A stretch of 63,913 bases of DNA, the filler included, from Neolecta irregularis DAH-3 (taxonomy: Eukaryota): assembly GCA_001929475.1 (NCBI GenBank). It is 26 parts of 26 records of this genome, joined end to end, with 100 filler letters (N's around TTAATTAATTAA, not from the genome) between each part and the next. Parts side by side here need not be neighbours in the genome. Positions count along the whole stretch, not along the records: positions 36,498 to 41,069 come from LXFE01001616.1; positions 41,170 to 42,729 come from LXFE01001621.1; positions 42,830 to 46,557 come from LXFE01001624.1; positions 46,658 to 51,124 come from LXFE01001625.1; positions 51,225 to 52,549 come from LXFE01001627.1; 21 more parts are not named here. One strand, given 5' to 3'. Numbering within the stretch: the first letter of the stretch is position 1; every line of letters begins with the position of its first letter. The notes beneath the pieces are model-generated. The model saw only the letters and a program-made list of their open reading frames with translations. It did not search any database and was not told the origin of the DNA. The position numbers and the translations under genes are program-made. This document shows, in pieces, positions 38,613 through 51,344 of this stretch.

Positions 38613-41069
38613 ATGTTTTCAGTCCAACCCCAGAAATCGCATAATAGAACCCGCTCAAATGCAAGAAATACAAGGAATAAGAGAATCACGCCCTCAATTT
38701 CGCATGTTCCTGCAGAAAACCCCGAATCAGGCGTGATGGAATGGACAAAAAACACCCACTATTGCGTTTCGAAATTGCCCGGGTATCCGCGATTTTTCGA
38801 AAAGATGAATCTCAATTCGCCAATATCCGGCTCTACCGATTCGACGACGGGCTACTCTATGGTTATCACACTTTCCAGTGTATTTATATGGTCGTACATT
38901 TCAAATGAACCAGATCCTCCTGCGATTGAATTTCCGCTGCCCGAGCAGTCTTCACCTCCTCTTGCTAACTTGGTTACTCCTAGCGCAGGCGCTGATGAGC
39001 CGGGGCTGCTTATTGTCATGGCAAATGGTTATGTGGCATATTGGGAAAGTATCGGGGATGCTGTCGCCGAAGTCATGATGAAAAAACGAGGTGTGGAAGG
39101 GCAGATCAGCATCCCGCAGACAGACATCTGCGTGGGTATTTGTAATGCTGAGGTATGTTCTCATGGAGCCTTGTAGTCATCTTTTAGCCCGCTGGTTTTG
39201 TTGTCAGGACGAACGTGGGGAAACTGTTTCATCTCGCATTGAGAGACCCATCCGGGCGACCGAGCATCAATATCACACATATGGGCGCTTCGAGTTTCTG
39301 GCGATATTTTAGTTCGACGAAAGAAGGTATTGTTGCCCTTCGTGCCGGGAAGATTTGTGGACGAGGAGAACGCCAAGTATTAGTCATGACACATAATGGC
39401 AGCGTGGATATCTGGGACATTTCTCGGACGGGAGAGAATAAGGTATATGTTTGACAGTACTAGGTTAATGATTAAGTTAAACCTTCAACTTCAACTTGAA
39501 GTCCCAGTAAATCAGCATTTGCAGAACTCGGATATTCAAACGGGAACGCTCGAATTCCACGACATCGCGCACGTTCCAGATACTAACACCATCATTTTCC
39601 TATTTTCTTCTAATGGAACGAATTATATCTCCACGTTCGACTACAACGACATCCATGTTACATCCCTAATTCATTTGCCTGCAAATCCAACCTCGCCGGG
39701 TCGTCTCCACCTTCCCCAACCTGGAAAGTCAGTGTTTGTGGTATACTCTAATATGATTTTGGTATTGAACGATCCTGGTTCATATACATTTCAAGACGTG
39801 ATTGAGTTTACCTGCGATATCAATCTCCTTTGTTCGGGTCAAGAAGACATCATGCCAAAGAAACGGAATCCTGGTGTTATTGTCATTTCCAAAAATGATG
39901 GGGTTATTCGTGTTGAAACCTTTCAAGTAGATGCACAGACGGGAGATTTAATGAAAAGTAAAATTGAGCAAGCTGTGTTTTACAGTTTTGTTGAAAAAGT
40001 ATGTCTTGTGGGGGTTAGTAATACTTATAGCCAGAATCCGATAAAATTTTCAAGACCGGTAGACGGTACTGAGATTCAAACCCTTGTCGTCGAAGTCAGT
40101 AAAGAAATCATCTCTTCCAGTATGGCCTTTGAGATATCTCAACTGACTGTTAGGATCCAAGTATCTACCACCACTTCTTCCTTCCCTAAAAGACCACCTT
40201 GCACTTCGTTCGAAATCCCTTGTGCGTCTGGCGACTTATCTTCAACATACCTCTCTTCCTCAGGAAACCCGGCATATTCTTCTACATGACCTCGAGAAAA
40301 TTGAGGCAGCTCGGAAATTATGGGACGCGTGGAACGATTTTCGTGATGACAACGAGGATATCCTTGCAAACGTCGTCAAGACCATTGTGAGCGATCAGGT
40401 TTCAGGAGATATCCTTCGATTATTCTTTACTTCATTTGTTGATAAAATCGCGAAAATCGTTTGGAAAACAAATAAACTCGCCGTCGACAAAAGTCTCGGC
40501 GAACATGACATTTTGGGAAAAATTTGTGAAGCAAACGAGATTATCTTGGTACCACACCCCTCCACGTATAATCCTTAATCCCTAGAAAATTTTGCGGACA
40601 GCATATAAAGTTCGAGACGAACGACGCAATTTATACCAAATTACCGAGGAAAGTCGAGTCGAGCCGTGGACTTGCACGGAAGCTGTTCTCCAAGCTGTTT
40701 CAACTCAATACGAACTTGCGATTGAGGTTGTCAAAGGAGCAAAGGAAGCCGAATTGTTTGACAAGATTGTTGGGCAGATTGTTGGAATGGCCGATGTCCT
40801 TTGTCGAGGGTTCGAAGAACGGATTCAATGGGGCGCTTCTGAGTATCGTGGGAAATATGAGTCCAGAAGAGGGGGTTGGATTAAAGCTTTGAGTGTGTAG
40901 TATTTTCCAGGATGAGTGCTAATTCCGCAGCCGAACTGGGTCAAAATGATAAGGCTTTCGAGATTGCTGAGCGGTACCGCGATTTCCAGATATTAGTGGA
41001 AATGTGTATTGAAGAAGAGGAAGAAGCTAGAGTTCGACGGCTATCGTGGTACCTGTATATCTTTAAAGA
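38613..41069 (+). CDS. NUP133: Nucleoporin Nup133/Nup132, 3' truncated, >=6 introns
   Basis: WTKN..Y.VSKLP, EPGLLIVM..G..AYWESI, EPAGF, KSKIEQAVFY, NPI.F, EPWT, LAERYRDF-like (IAERYRDF). Short GT-AG introns link the ORFs. Confidence 0.9.
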
Positions 41070-41369
41070 NNNNNNNNNNNNNNNNNNNNNNNNNNNNNNN
41101 NNNNNNNNNNNNNTTAATTAATTAANNNNNNNNNNNNNNNNNNNNNNNNNNNNNNNNNNNNNNNNNNNNGCGGCTGGCATACTAATCCTTCCACAGTGTT
41201 GTGGATGGACCATGGACTTTAATCCAGTCCATTAAGAGTCCATGGAGTGGACTATGGAAAAGCCCGGCCCATGGTCCATGGGCCAAATGGGCGGTATCAC
41301 GTGATATTATATTGTTGGGATTTATCGTTTATCAGTGACATGGAAAAGGCTCTGCTTGCTTCCTCTTAC

Positions 41370-41640
41370 TCCCCTACTTGCTTCCTCTCACTCTCCTGCC
41401 CATTACTGGCCCGCCCTCCTCGCCCGTTATCGCCTGCCCTCCTCGCCCTGCCCTCGCCCGTTATCGCCCTACCCTCCTCGCCCATTACTGCTCCCCCTCC
41501 TCTCTCTTTACCGCCCTGCCCTCTCACCAGTTATCGCCTGCTCTTCTCACCCGTAATCGCCTGTTCTCTCCTGCCCTCCTTGCCTGCTATCGCCCCGCCC
41601 ACCTCACCCATTACTTCTCCAGGCGGGTGGGAGGTCCTCC
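41370..41640. repeat. C-rich low-complexity dispersed repeat (CCTCGCCCGTTATCG-like)
   Basis: Shares CCTGCTATCGCCCCGCCCACCTC.CCCATTACT with 44815-45030. Related G-rich copies at 43790-44030 and 46658-46910. Confidence 0.75.
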
Positions 41641-42185
41641 GGCCAGCGTTCCTAACCGACTGGATCAGACAGGCCAAGCCCTTGGTCTGGTCCGTCTGGA
41701 CCGCTGGATTCCTTGGTCTGGAGCAAGCAAATTCTACTTGAAAGTTTTATTTATTAGCAAGTCTGTGTGCAGCCTACTGCCGCTCCTGGGTTTCTATCTC
41801 TGCCACTTTCAATTTCCGTTATCTCTCCTTTCACTTTGTACTCTTTCCGTTTGATACCAGCTTGCTGCTGGCGGCTATTAAAAGGGCTGGTCTTCTGTAT
41901 TGGTAGCTAGCCAATTGTATTAACTTGCTTCCGTTCTAAGTCTTGACGACCCAAGAGATTGAAAGCCCATACAACCGCGCTCACCAATCAACAATATAAT
42001 AATCCTATACGACAACTAGGTACACCCTGCGTGTTTCAAGTGTAAGAACGATATCCTACCATGCACGTGACGATTTTATTTTATTTGCCGACATTAATAT
42101 TGGGAGTATAAACTCTTGTATGATTACGCGTTCCTAACCAAGTTCACAACTTAGGTTGGATAGCCAAATATTCGGTCTCTCAATC

Positions 42186-42729
42186 ATGCGTTTCCTTGCA
42201 CGTCCACCAAGTTTGTTAATGTTTGCATCTTACAACCGATTAAGAGGCTCAACGAGCGGTAATGGCTCTCTTACCTCAATTTTATACATCATTCGCTTTA
42301 TTGGAGCCTTTCTCTTCGTGTTCATTGTAATGTTTAAGTACAGTCATCATTAAAACAGCCTATTCTGAATAACTAGTTCGGTTTTCATATTTCGGCGAAC
42401 TTTCTCCGATTCTCGCTCTATATCCACACTAAATTCCACCCTAGGATTTTCTCACATCTATGTCATCATAGCAAATTCAGATCGAGGCGAATATGCAGAT
42501 AAAATATTACAATATCACAATCTCAAATATGAAGTATTTCCTGCTGTCACAAGGGAAAGCGATTTTGTGAACGCCACTGTCTCCTCCATGTGGGAAAAAA
42601 ATGAAGGAAAGGAAGATCCAAAGATTTGGGGAAAAATTGGATGTTGGGCTTCTCATCGAGCAGTATGGACGGACGCTCTTGAGAAGAAACACTCAACGTT
42701 CTTGGTGCTAGAAGATGACATTGATGTGC
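42186..42729 (+). CDS. Glycosyltransferase family 25, 3' truncated
   Basis: N-terminal TM segment, intron at about 42338-42376, NSTLGFSHIYVI, GKIGCWASHRAVW, LVLEDDID. Confidence 0.8.
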
Positions 42730-43319
42730 NNNNNNNNNNNNNNNNNNNNNNNNNNNNNNNNNNNNNNNNNNNNTTAATTAATTAANNNNNNNNNNNNNNN
42801 NNNNNNNNNNNNNNNNNNNNNNNNNNNNNTTGGAGTCATCGTTATATATCAAGATTCATATCTTCCCTAAGCATGTCGTGAATACAGATGTTGGTATAGT
42901 CGGTTGGGATATATATCAGCGTGAAATTGTCAATACGCGAGAAGGTAAATTGATTTCGTCTACGTATATGAGTCAGTCTTCTAAGTAGAATTGACTCGAA
43001 ATACTCTTTTGATATGCAATTGAATGGTGTGGTTCGTATTCTGCGATTCCGTTAAGGGCCGTGCATGGTGTGCTTAAAACCACAAACACGAAAGCCAGTG
43101 CAAGCACTGTGGTAATCAAGATGATTAACCGGTAAGGACACTACTCGGGAAGATAGGATAAGGACAAATACACTCTGTATGGCGGCGGTTTGTTTCCTTG
43201 CATTACGAATGACAAACGGCACTCAGATGGTTTGCGTGAACCGATCAACCTTACGCTTTAGGAGAAGTGCTTCTGCATCTCTTTCTCTGTTAGAAAATGA
43301 AGGTGGTCTCTACTTACAT

Positions 43320-43740
43320 CCATGCAAGTATGATGGTGAGATTATTTATAATACTAGTCTTGGTAAGATCGCGAATCGAACCCGTGTGATTATCCTGAAC
43401 GTGAAAAGTTGTTTTTCCAAACGCAATACGACGTCAACGCGCACCAAGAGGATTCGCAAATTGTAAAGCTTTCCCAAGGCTTGGATTCTGTTGTAGACAT
43501 ACTCAGGATAAAGGCGATGCTATTTCAAGCTTTCATTCAGCAAATGGCCATATCCGAAACTATAATATACCTCAGAAATAATGCGCAAGTGGTTGCTCCC
43601 ACAACAAAATCAGACTGAAGTTCATATCGTATTCCCATGGAACATTTCTGATATGATCCAGTATTCGATTTCCTTTCTCTCCAGTGAGCGTCTTTTTCAA
43701 AAGGTTTTACTCGTACTTGTCATGGATTGACTAAGATGGT
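43320..43740 (-). pseudogene. ERCC1: ERCC1/Rad10/Swi10 pseudogene fragment with introns
   Basis: Manual translation: TILVNP*Q|KGNRILDHIRNVPWEY..DFVVGATTCALFLS|LK*HRLYPEYVYNRIQALGKLYNLRILLVRVDV|DNHTGSIRDLTKTS..NNLTIILAW. Two stops, at least one frameshift, three introns. Confidence 0.88.
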
Positions 43741-44489
43741 ATTAGGTCCGCCAGGTTTATTTAGTCTTCGTGGGGTGGGCTGTTGAAAGCCGCTATCGGG
43801 ACAATTGGAACAAGGCGGGACGGGCAGGACGAGCAGGAGGGACGCGCGAGGCGGGCGAGGCAGGAGGGACGCGCGGGATAGGCGAGGCAGGACGGGACGT
43901 GCGGGACGGGAGAGGAGGCAGGGGGGATGGAAGAGGCGGGCGGGACGGGAGTGCGAACAGCATCGATGCGTGGACCGGCAGGCCGGGAGGGACGGGCAGG
44001 ACGGGAAATTGAGGGGAAGGGTTGCCCAAATAGTATTATCTATAAAGCCCGTTTCGGCCGATGGGCCGGGTCAAGCCCAGGGCCCGTCTCCAACACTGCG
44101 TGACAAGCCCGACATATGGGTTGAAACACTCTAGGCACGGTGGGCACTTTCAGGGTTAAACCTTCCGGAGAAAGCTACTCATTTTGGTTATGGAACGGAT
44201 AAATGGTGTCTTGTTCATTCATAGGTGCCTGAGTGAGGTCCAAAGCGGATATATTATTACCAAATTGAGTAATCGCCTGCTAGATGCGGGAAGAATTTTG
44301 ACCGAGCGACAAAAATGAGAAAGCCAATTGTAAATATGCGGTCTTGAGGCGTGACCGGATTCTACGTTTATAAGACATGCGGGATAAGTATAATGATTCG
44401 CTCTCGTGCTCCAGGTCCCAGTAAATCATCTCTATCGAACCAAGCACATTATAAAACGCCATAGCTTCTGGGTACAACAAGCTCACAGT

Positions 44490-44681
44490 ATGAGGCTACA
44501 TCTTGCGTCGTCATTATTACTTATTGCTACTATGTCATCGTTATTGGAAGCAAGACCAGTGCCGAAGGGTAGTCACCTGCAACTATATCTGGACTCTCGG
44601 AGATCAATAGCCGGGCTGCCTCTGGAAAAGGTAGGCCTTCAGAAACGAGAAGCAATGATATTCCCTACCGCATTACTGTGA
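44490..44681 (+). CDS. Small secreted propeptide (63 aa) with KR-EA site
   Basis: MRLHLASSLLLIATMSSLLEA signal followed by ...LQKR-EA-MIFPTALL*. Confidence 0.45.
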   Translation: MRLHLASSLLLIATMSSLLEARPVPKGSHLQLYLDSRRSIAGLPLEKVGLQKREAMIFPTALL

Positions 44682-45361
44682 TGGAAGAAAGAATTATTTC
44701 GGGCTGCTTGCATCTGTTCGAGGATAGATCTATTTCTTGGGCAACGGTTATTCGACATTTTGCATTTGTGAGAGGCTAGTAATCCATGTATCATATCATA
44801 TTTTGTTGCATCTCGAGTGATCGCCTGCCCTCCTCGCTTGTTACTGCTCTGCCCACTAGGCCGTGACTGCTCCCCCTCCCCCTCCTCGTCTTTTCTCGCC
44901 CCGCCCTCTCGCCCGTCGTCGCCCGCCTCTCGCCTGCTATCGCCCGTCCTCTCGCCTGCTATCGCCCCGCCCACCTCGCCCATTACTGCTCCCCTTCCCC
45001 CTCCTCGCCCTTTATTGCCCCGCCTTCTATATACTTTTTGGGAAGGGTGTTAACTTCCAGGGGTGTCAACTTCTAGGGTCACAAGCTTATCCATTTTGAA
45101 GAGATAGTAGTGGAGAAAGATCTTTATTTTATTTTTATTATATATTTTTATTGTGTTGGGTTTAGGGGGGTGTCCCTTGTTGGTTAAATCGCTGCTGAGC
45201 GTATCACAAGATATTAATATTAACTAGCGGATATGATATTCCCTGTTGTAGAATATCATGATATTTTTTCCTGGTGACTGGCGAACACACCCTTATTCTT
45301 TTGGTGGAGTGTCGACTTCTGGGGGTGTCAACTTTCAGGGTGGTGAGTTTAATCAGTCCAG

Positions 45362-46192
45362 ATGTCTCCAAGAACGTGGAACACCTATTTACCTCTTTAC
45401 AGACATCCATTCAGCATATCCACGCGTCGAACTTCGCGTAGATTGCGACGTCGCATGCTTCTGTTATCTATACTCTTGTGTATCCCGCTTTTCTGCTTGC
45501 CTCTGTATATCGTTTATAAACCTCCGCAGATCGTCATACGTGCTCTCGCTAGAAGATATCCTGATGTCCTGTGGTTCGTCGATGTAGTGGCCGCAGAAAA
45601 GGTCATCGCCTTGACAATTGACGATGCCCCAAGTCGGTTTACTCCTGAAATCCTCAGACTATTAAGAGATCATGATTCGCATGCAACATTCTTCTGTATT
45701 GGTAGTCAAGTCACGCCAAACTCGCTGCAGGCAATTATTTCGCAAGGACATGAATTGGGAAATCATGCAATGCGCGATGAAGCCTCAGTTGATTTACCAC
45801 CCGACAAACTTAGAGTCCAAATAGAACAGGTCGATGAGATGATTGACGAAGCGTATTCGGAACTCGGTATTGAGAGGCAATCCAGGTTCTTCCGACCTGG
45901 TTTTGGATTCTTTTCAAATGTAATGATCGAAATGGTGCAGTCGATGGGATATCAGACTGTTCTCGGCAATGTTTACCCTCATGATGCGCAGATACCTTAT
46001 CCTAAAATCAATGCACGGCATATTTTGAGCATGGTTCAACCAGGTTCGATTATAATCGTTCACGACCGACGAGAATATACTACTCGTATGCTTCAAGTAG
46101 TTCTACCAGCATTGAAAAGACGAGGCTATGAGATAGTAACAATGTCACATCTTCTATCGCTAGGCAAGTCCACAAAGCGCCGAGAAAATTAG
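45362..46192 (+). CDS. CE4 polysaccharide (chitin/NodB-like) deacetylase, intronless, N-terminal TM anchor
   Basis: ALTIDDAP, ATFF, GHELGNH, FFRPGFG, GSIIIVHD, GYEIVTMS. Confidence 0.9.
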   Translation: MSPRTWNTYLPLYRHPFSISTRRTSRRLRRRMLLLSILLCIPLFCLPLYIVYKPPQIVIRALARRYPDVLWFVDVVAAEKVIALTIDDAPSRFTPEILRLLRDHDSHATFFCIGSQVTPNSLQAIISQGHELGNHAMRDEASVDLPPDKLRVQIEQVDEMIDEAYSELGIERQSRFFRPGFGFFSNVMIEMVQSMGYQTVLGNVYPHDAQIPYPKINARHILSMVQPGSIIIVHDRREYTTRMLQVVLPALKRRGYEIVTMSHLLSLGKSTKRREN

Positions 46193-47100
46193 TGCAATAT
46201 TTTGTCAGAGTCTAAGAAATTTAAGCTGCATTTCATCTCAAACAGAGTTTTGCGATATAGGCTCCATGACCTCAGTCAACTTACTAATGTGACCGATGAG
46301 ATTCACATGGATATCTTGAAGAGATTCCCATCTATGTCTCAGGACCTTCGATCATCAGTCTCTGAAAAATGTAGTCTGCATGATCATTCATCCCGACTCG
46401 AGTTTAAAATGTTTAGCATTTTAAATAGTCATGAAAAATACAGAAAATAGCATGCATCATATAGAAAACGCGACATCCTTGAAAGTGGCTTTAGTTATTT
46501 TTAATGAATGGCATTTTGCAAGAAATATGCTCAATATTATGATCTCGAATGAATTAANNNNNNNNNNNNNNNNNNNNNNNNNNNNNNNNNNNNNNNNNNN
46601 NTTAATTAATTAANNNNNNNNNNNNNNNNNNNNNNNNNNNNNNNNNNNNNNNNNNNNACAGGACAGGCGGGCGGGAACAGCGGGAGAGGTGGACGGGATG
46701 GGCAGGAGACGACCGGCAAGGCGAGCGGGACAGGCGGGAGAGACGGGCGCGCGGGCGGGAGAGACGGGCAGGACAGTGAGGCGCGCGGGCGGGACAGTGA
46801 GGCGTGCGGGCGGGAAAGACGGGCGCGAGTCCCGCTTGTCCCACCCGCCTCTCCCGCCTTTATCGCTTGCCTGTCTCGTGCGTCCCGTCCTGCCTTGCCT
46901 ATCCCGTTCAATATACGTAGTTACTCTCTTTAACAGTATCTACGGCAGCATATCCAATCTAAGTCCACATCAGTGCTCAACCTACAGTTGAGTACTGACA
47001 CCATCCTTCTTGAATCTGAATCCGATTCAATTGATTCATTCATGTGATGGTTTTGGGGATGGGGTAACAAAGTGTTAGAAATTGAGATACTATCTAGACT

Positions 47101-47399
47101 AGGCAGGTGGTAACAGGCAGTGTTGTGGACAGGCCATGGTGTAATCTTAACGCCAGAAGTTACAAATAAGACCAGGATTTATTTCTTAAGTCTGACCCGG
47201 CTGGTGCTGTTGTGTGGGGGTGGTGGGACCTGATAGTGCCCACACTGACTTACAACACTTAGGCTAGGTATGTCCCTGTACGGAGTTACAACAGGTAGGC
47301 TCTAAGGCTAGAAATAAATCCTGGTCTTATTTGTAACTTCTGGCGTTAATTAAGCTTACACCATGGCCCGTCCACAACACTGCCTGTTACCACCTGCCT
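47101..47399. repeat. Fold-back (~90-bp inverted arms) built from a hAT-like TIR and an LTR end
   Basis: 47101-47188 is the reverse complement of about 47309-47399. Each arm contains CAGTGTTGTGGAC.GGCCATGG and a family-A-like CCTGGTCTTATT...TTACA. Confidence 0.85.
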
Positions 47400-47656
47400 G
47401 TCACTACCTGCCTGTTACCACCTGCCAGTAACCTCATGAATAAGAACATGGTTGGTGAGAGTTGGAAAAAGCCACGAAATCCACCCAGAAGGGGTGGGCG
47501 TCTTCGGGATCCGGTCGAGTCAAAGCGGCCTATCTCCGAGGTTCCCTCCACAGAGAGTAAATTTCTATTTCTCCATCCGCCTTATCCTATAAGCAAGTTT
47601 TTTGTTGCTCTTTCCTTTCTTCTCAGTAAATCGTAGCCGGCTAGAAACAGTCCACT

Positions 47657-50600
47657 ATGGGTTCTGGTAGTATTAATCAAGAAAAAATTCAAGAGTACCC
47701 AATAACGCAGCTGTCCCCCGAAGAACGCGATATAATTTGGCAGCAGTCGAATACTCAAGTACACAATGTCTCCTATTTTTCATTATATCGATATTCAACA
47801 CCATTAGATAAGGCTCTGATGGTTCTTGGACTGGTCATGGCAGTTGTTTGTATCTCTCCGAATGAGCTGAAGGATGTTGACTGTTGCGAATAGCTGGATC
47901 TGCAATTCCCCTCCTCACTGTTGTGCTTGGTCAACTTACTAATTCGTTTGCAGCTGTATGAACATTCTTCTGCTGTTTCATCGACTGATCAAAGTTCACC
48001 AGTGGAAACGGATCTATCAGCCGCGATCAGTTCCAGAAAGACGTTGATCAACATACTTTGTATTTCGTCTATATTGTATTCTCCTTTGCTTGACTGCTGT
48101 ACTCACGTCAAGGCCATCCCTATTTTCTGTTCTACCTTTATTGCCACGTTCTCGTGGCTATATACTGGAGAGCGAATAACTAGACAAATACGGGAGCGCT
48201 ATTTGCGGGCAGTTTTACGACAAAACATCGCATACTTTGATAAGCTCGGTGCTGGAGCAGTCACTACTCGTATTACAAGGTAGTTCAATTCTTACAACGA
48301 CTCAACTAAAATTTAGGGATACTGCTCTTATCCAGGACGGTATTTCGGAGAAGGTCACTGTTGTCGTCGCAGCTATTGCAAAGTTCATCAGTGCTTTCGT
48401 TATTGCTTTTATCAAGAGCTGGAAACTCACATTAGTCATCTCCTTTATCATACCACTCCTCGCCGGCACACAGGGCTTGATCGCCAAATTGCTCAGTAAA
48501 TACTCCAAAGAATCACTAAATGTTTATTCCGTCGGAGGGACTTTAGCCGAGGAAGTTTTTAGCAGTATTCGTAGCGTTCAGGCTTTTGGAACTCAAGATA
48601 AGCTTTCGGCAATATACTATGGTCATCTTACACTTGCATACAAAGTAGGTAAAAAGAAGGCTGTTGTTGTTGGGTTTATGTTTGCTGCTCTTTGGTTTAT
48701 TTTGTTCTCAGCATATGTAAGTATTTCTTACCTTTCTCGATTACTTATAGGAGCAGGCACTTGCATTTTGGGAAGGAGCTCGAATGCTTCTTCGAGGAGA
48801 ACTTGAACCTGGTACCATTATCAACGTCTTCCTTGCCGTTGCCCTTGGGTCCTTTTCACTAGGCCAAGTTGGGTCGAATGTTACAGTATTTACATCTGCT
48901 TCAGGAGCGGGGAAGAAGATTTTTGAAACTATTGACCGGAAAACTACCATCGATTCAATGGCAGATGAAGGTTTAAAGTTTTCCGAAGTCCGAGGAGAAA
49001 TAGAACTTAAGAATGCCAGTTTCATATATCCAAGTCGACCCGAAGTCGTTGTCCTGGATAACCTCAGCATTAGCATCCCAGCTGGACAGACAGTTGCCCT
49101 GGTTGGAGCTAGTGGCAGTGGGAAGAGCACCATCATCGGCCTAGTTGAACGCTTTTACGATCCTTATCGAGGAAAGGTTCTATTCGATGGCCATGATATC
49201 AAAGACTTGAATCTCAAATGGCTTCGTCAACAAATATCACTCGTCTCGCAAGAACCCATTCTCTTTGCTACCACGGTTTTCGAGAATGTCTGCTACGGCT
49301 TAACAGGAACTTTATATGATGATGCAAACGAGGAAAAGAAACGAGAGCTGGTTTATGATGCCTGCAAGATGTCCAACGCTGATGGATTTATTCGAAGTCT
49401 CCCTGAAGGCTACGAAACCCAAGTTGGAGAACGAGGAATATTATTATCAGGGGGTCAAAAACAACGAATTGCAATTGCTCGAGCCATTGTTTCCGATCCA
49501 AAAATCTTACTTCTCGATGAAGCCACCAGTGCACTAGATGCAAGATCTGAAGGAGTTGTACAAGATGCTCTCGATCGGGCAGCAAAATTTCGCACAACTA
49601 TAGTCATCGCACATCGGCTCTCAACGATTAAAAATGTAGATTGCATCATGGTAATGTCAGGCGGACGAATTGTTGAACAAGGAACTCATAATGAGCTCCT
49701 TGTGAGAAAAGGAGCATACTGGAAACTTGTGGAAGCTCAACGAATCAACACTGAACAAGCACAAGATGATGAAATTGATGAAGTGAGCGAAATCAATCCA
49801 AAAGTTGAAGTTGCAGCCGGGCTCAAACGAAAATATACTGAAAGTGGCGCAACTTGTGAGGATTCCCAATCAGAGCTCAATAAGAAGAAATACTCTGGAA
49901 TCAGTCTCGTTTATCGGATTTTGAGTTTCAATAAGCCAGAAAGGTTTCTTTTTGCAATCGGTTTCGCCGCTGCCGCTGTATGCGGAACTATCACCATTGC
50001 ACAAGCTCTAGTACTCTCCCATTTCGTAAAGGTTTTGTCTTCGGTCGGTTCTCCAGCACATCTCCAATCTCGAGCGAGTTTTCTTGCCTCCATCTGGTTG
50101 ATGATAGCTATTGTTTCCTTCCTCAGCTATTTTCTCGTTGGTTTCATTTTCGAGTATTGCGCCGAAAAGATGATTCGTCGAGTTCGTGACCAGAGTTTCA
50201 GGAAGCTTATTTATTCCGACATCGAATTTTTTGATCGTGAAGAAAATGTTAGTGGTGCTCTACTTGCTGCCCTTGCTACAGATACACCCAATTTAAGAGG
50301 GTTAAGCGGAAGCGTCCTTCGTATGTATTTTTGTTACCTACCTGGTATATTAATTTTCTAATAGATACTATGGTTTCTATCACTCTCCAAATTTTTGGTG
50401 GTCTTATTTTGTCATTAATTGTTGCATGGAAGCTCGCTCTGGCTGTAATGTGTACGATCCCTGTTCTGTTAACCACAGAATACCTTCGATTTGCTTTACT
50501 GCAACGGTTTCAGGTCTCGATCCAAGAAGTTTATCAGAAATCCGCGCAATTTGCTTGTGAAGCAACTGCGAACATTCGAACTGTCCAAAGTCTCACCCGA

Positions 50601-51124
50601 GAAACTTGTCTATGGGAAGAATATTCGCAATGTCTTTCCGGTCCATCGAGGGCTTCGGTTATTTCTAGTGCAAAGAGCTCTCTTCTGTATTCTTGCTCGA
50701 CCTGTCTAACGTTTTTATTCTATGCTCTTGCATTCTGGTGGGGTTCAACTTTGATTATACGAGGCGAACTAAGCTTCCTCGACGTAATTGTTATTTTCTG
50801 TCCTTAACTAAGTGGTAGTTCTGTATTGCCTTAGTTTCAGTGGTTTTTGGATCTCAAAGTGCCGGTCAACTATTCAGTTTCTCGCCAGATATCGGCAAAG
50901 CAATTACATCAGCCTCCAATATCTTCCGTTTGTTAGATAGTCAATCGGTCATTGGCGCAGGTGGGGGGGATAAAAGATCCTTTTTGAAGAGCGGGACTAT
51001 TACCTTTAACAAAGTTCACTTTCAATACCCTACCAGACCTCGTGTTCCCGTTCTTCAAGGCCTGAACCTCGAAGTTAAGCCAGGACAATTTGTTGCTTTG
51101 GTCGGCCAATCCGGTTGCGGAAAA
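47657..51124 (+). CDS. ABCB1/MDR-type ABC transporter (Pmd1/Mdr1-like), 3' truncated, ~7 introns
   Basis: [63 protein letters not shown], second Walker A GQSGCGK. Confidence 0.95.
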
Positions 51125-51224
51125 NNNNNNNNNNNNNNNNNNNNNNNNNNNNNNNNNNNNNNNNNNNNTTAATTAATTAANNNNNNNNNNNNNNNNNNNN
51201 NNNNNNNNNNNNNNNNNNNNNNNN

Positions 51225-51296
51225 GTTGAAGGCGGTTGAAGGCGGTTGAAGGCGGTTGAAGGCGGTTGAAGGCGGTTGAAGGCGGTTGAAGGCGGT
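51225..51296. repeat. (GTTGAAGGCG)7 tandem repeat
   Basis: Perfect 10-mer array at the contig start. Confidence 0.95.
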
Positions 51297-51344
51297 GATG
51301 TCTGACGGTTTCATGATATAGACAGAAATATGGAATAGAATGGA

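Noticed and set aside
41247-41854. Pro/Leu/Arg-rich ORFs here and at 37380-37813, 43770-44134, 44639-45099 and 46602-46991
   Set aside because: Open frames produced by stop-poor low-complexity repeats; no protein motifs.
51225-51296. (GTTGAAGGCG)n as a telomere
   Set aside because: It lies about 50 bp from the YTP1 stop, and the G-rich strand points inward from the contig end; more likely a minisatellite that broke the assembly.
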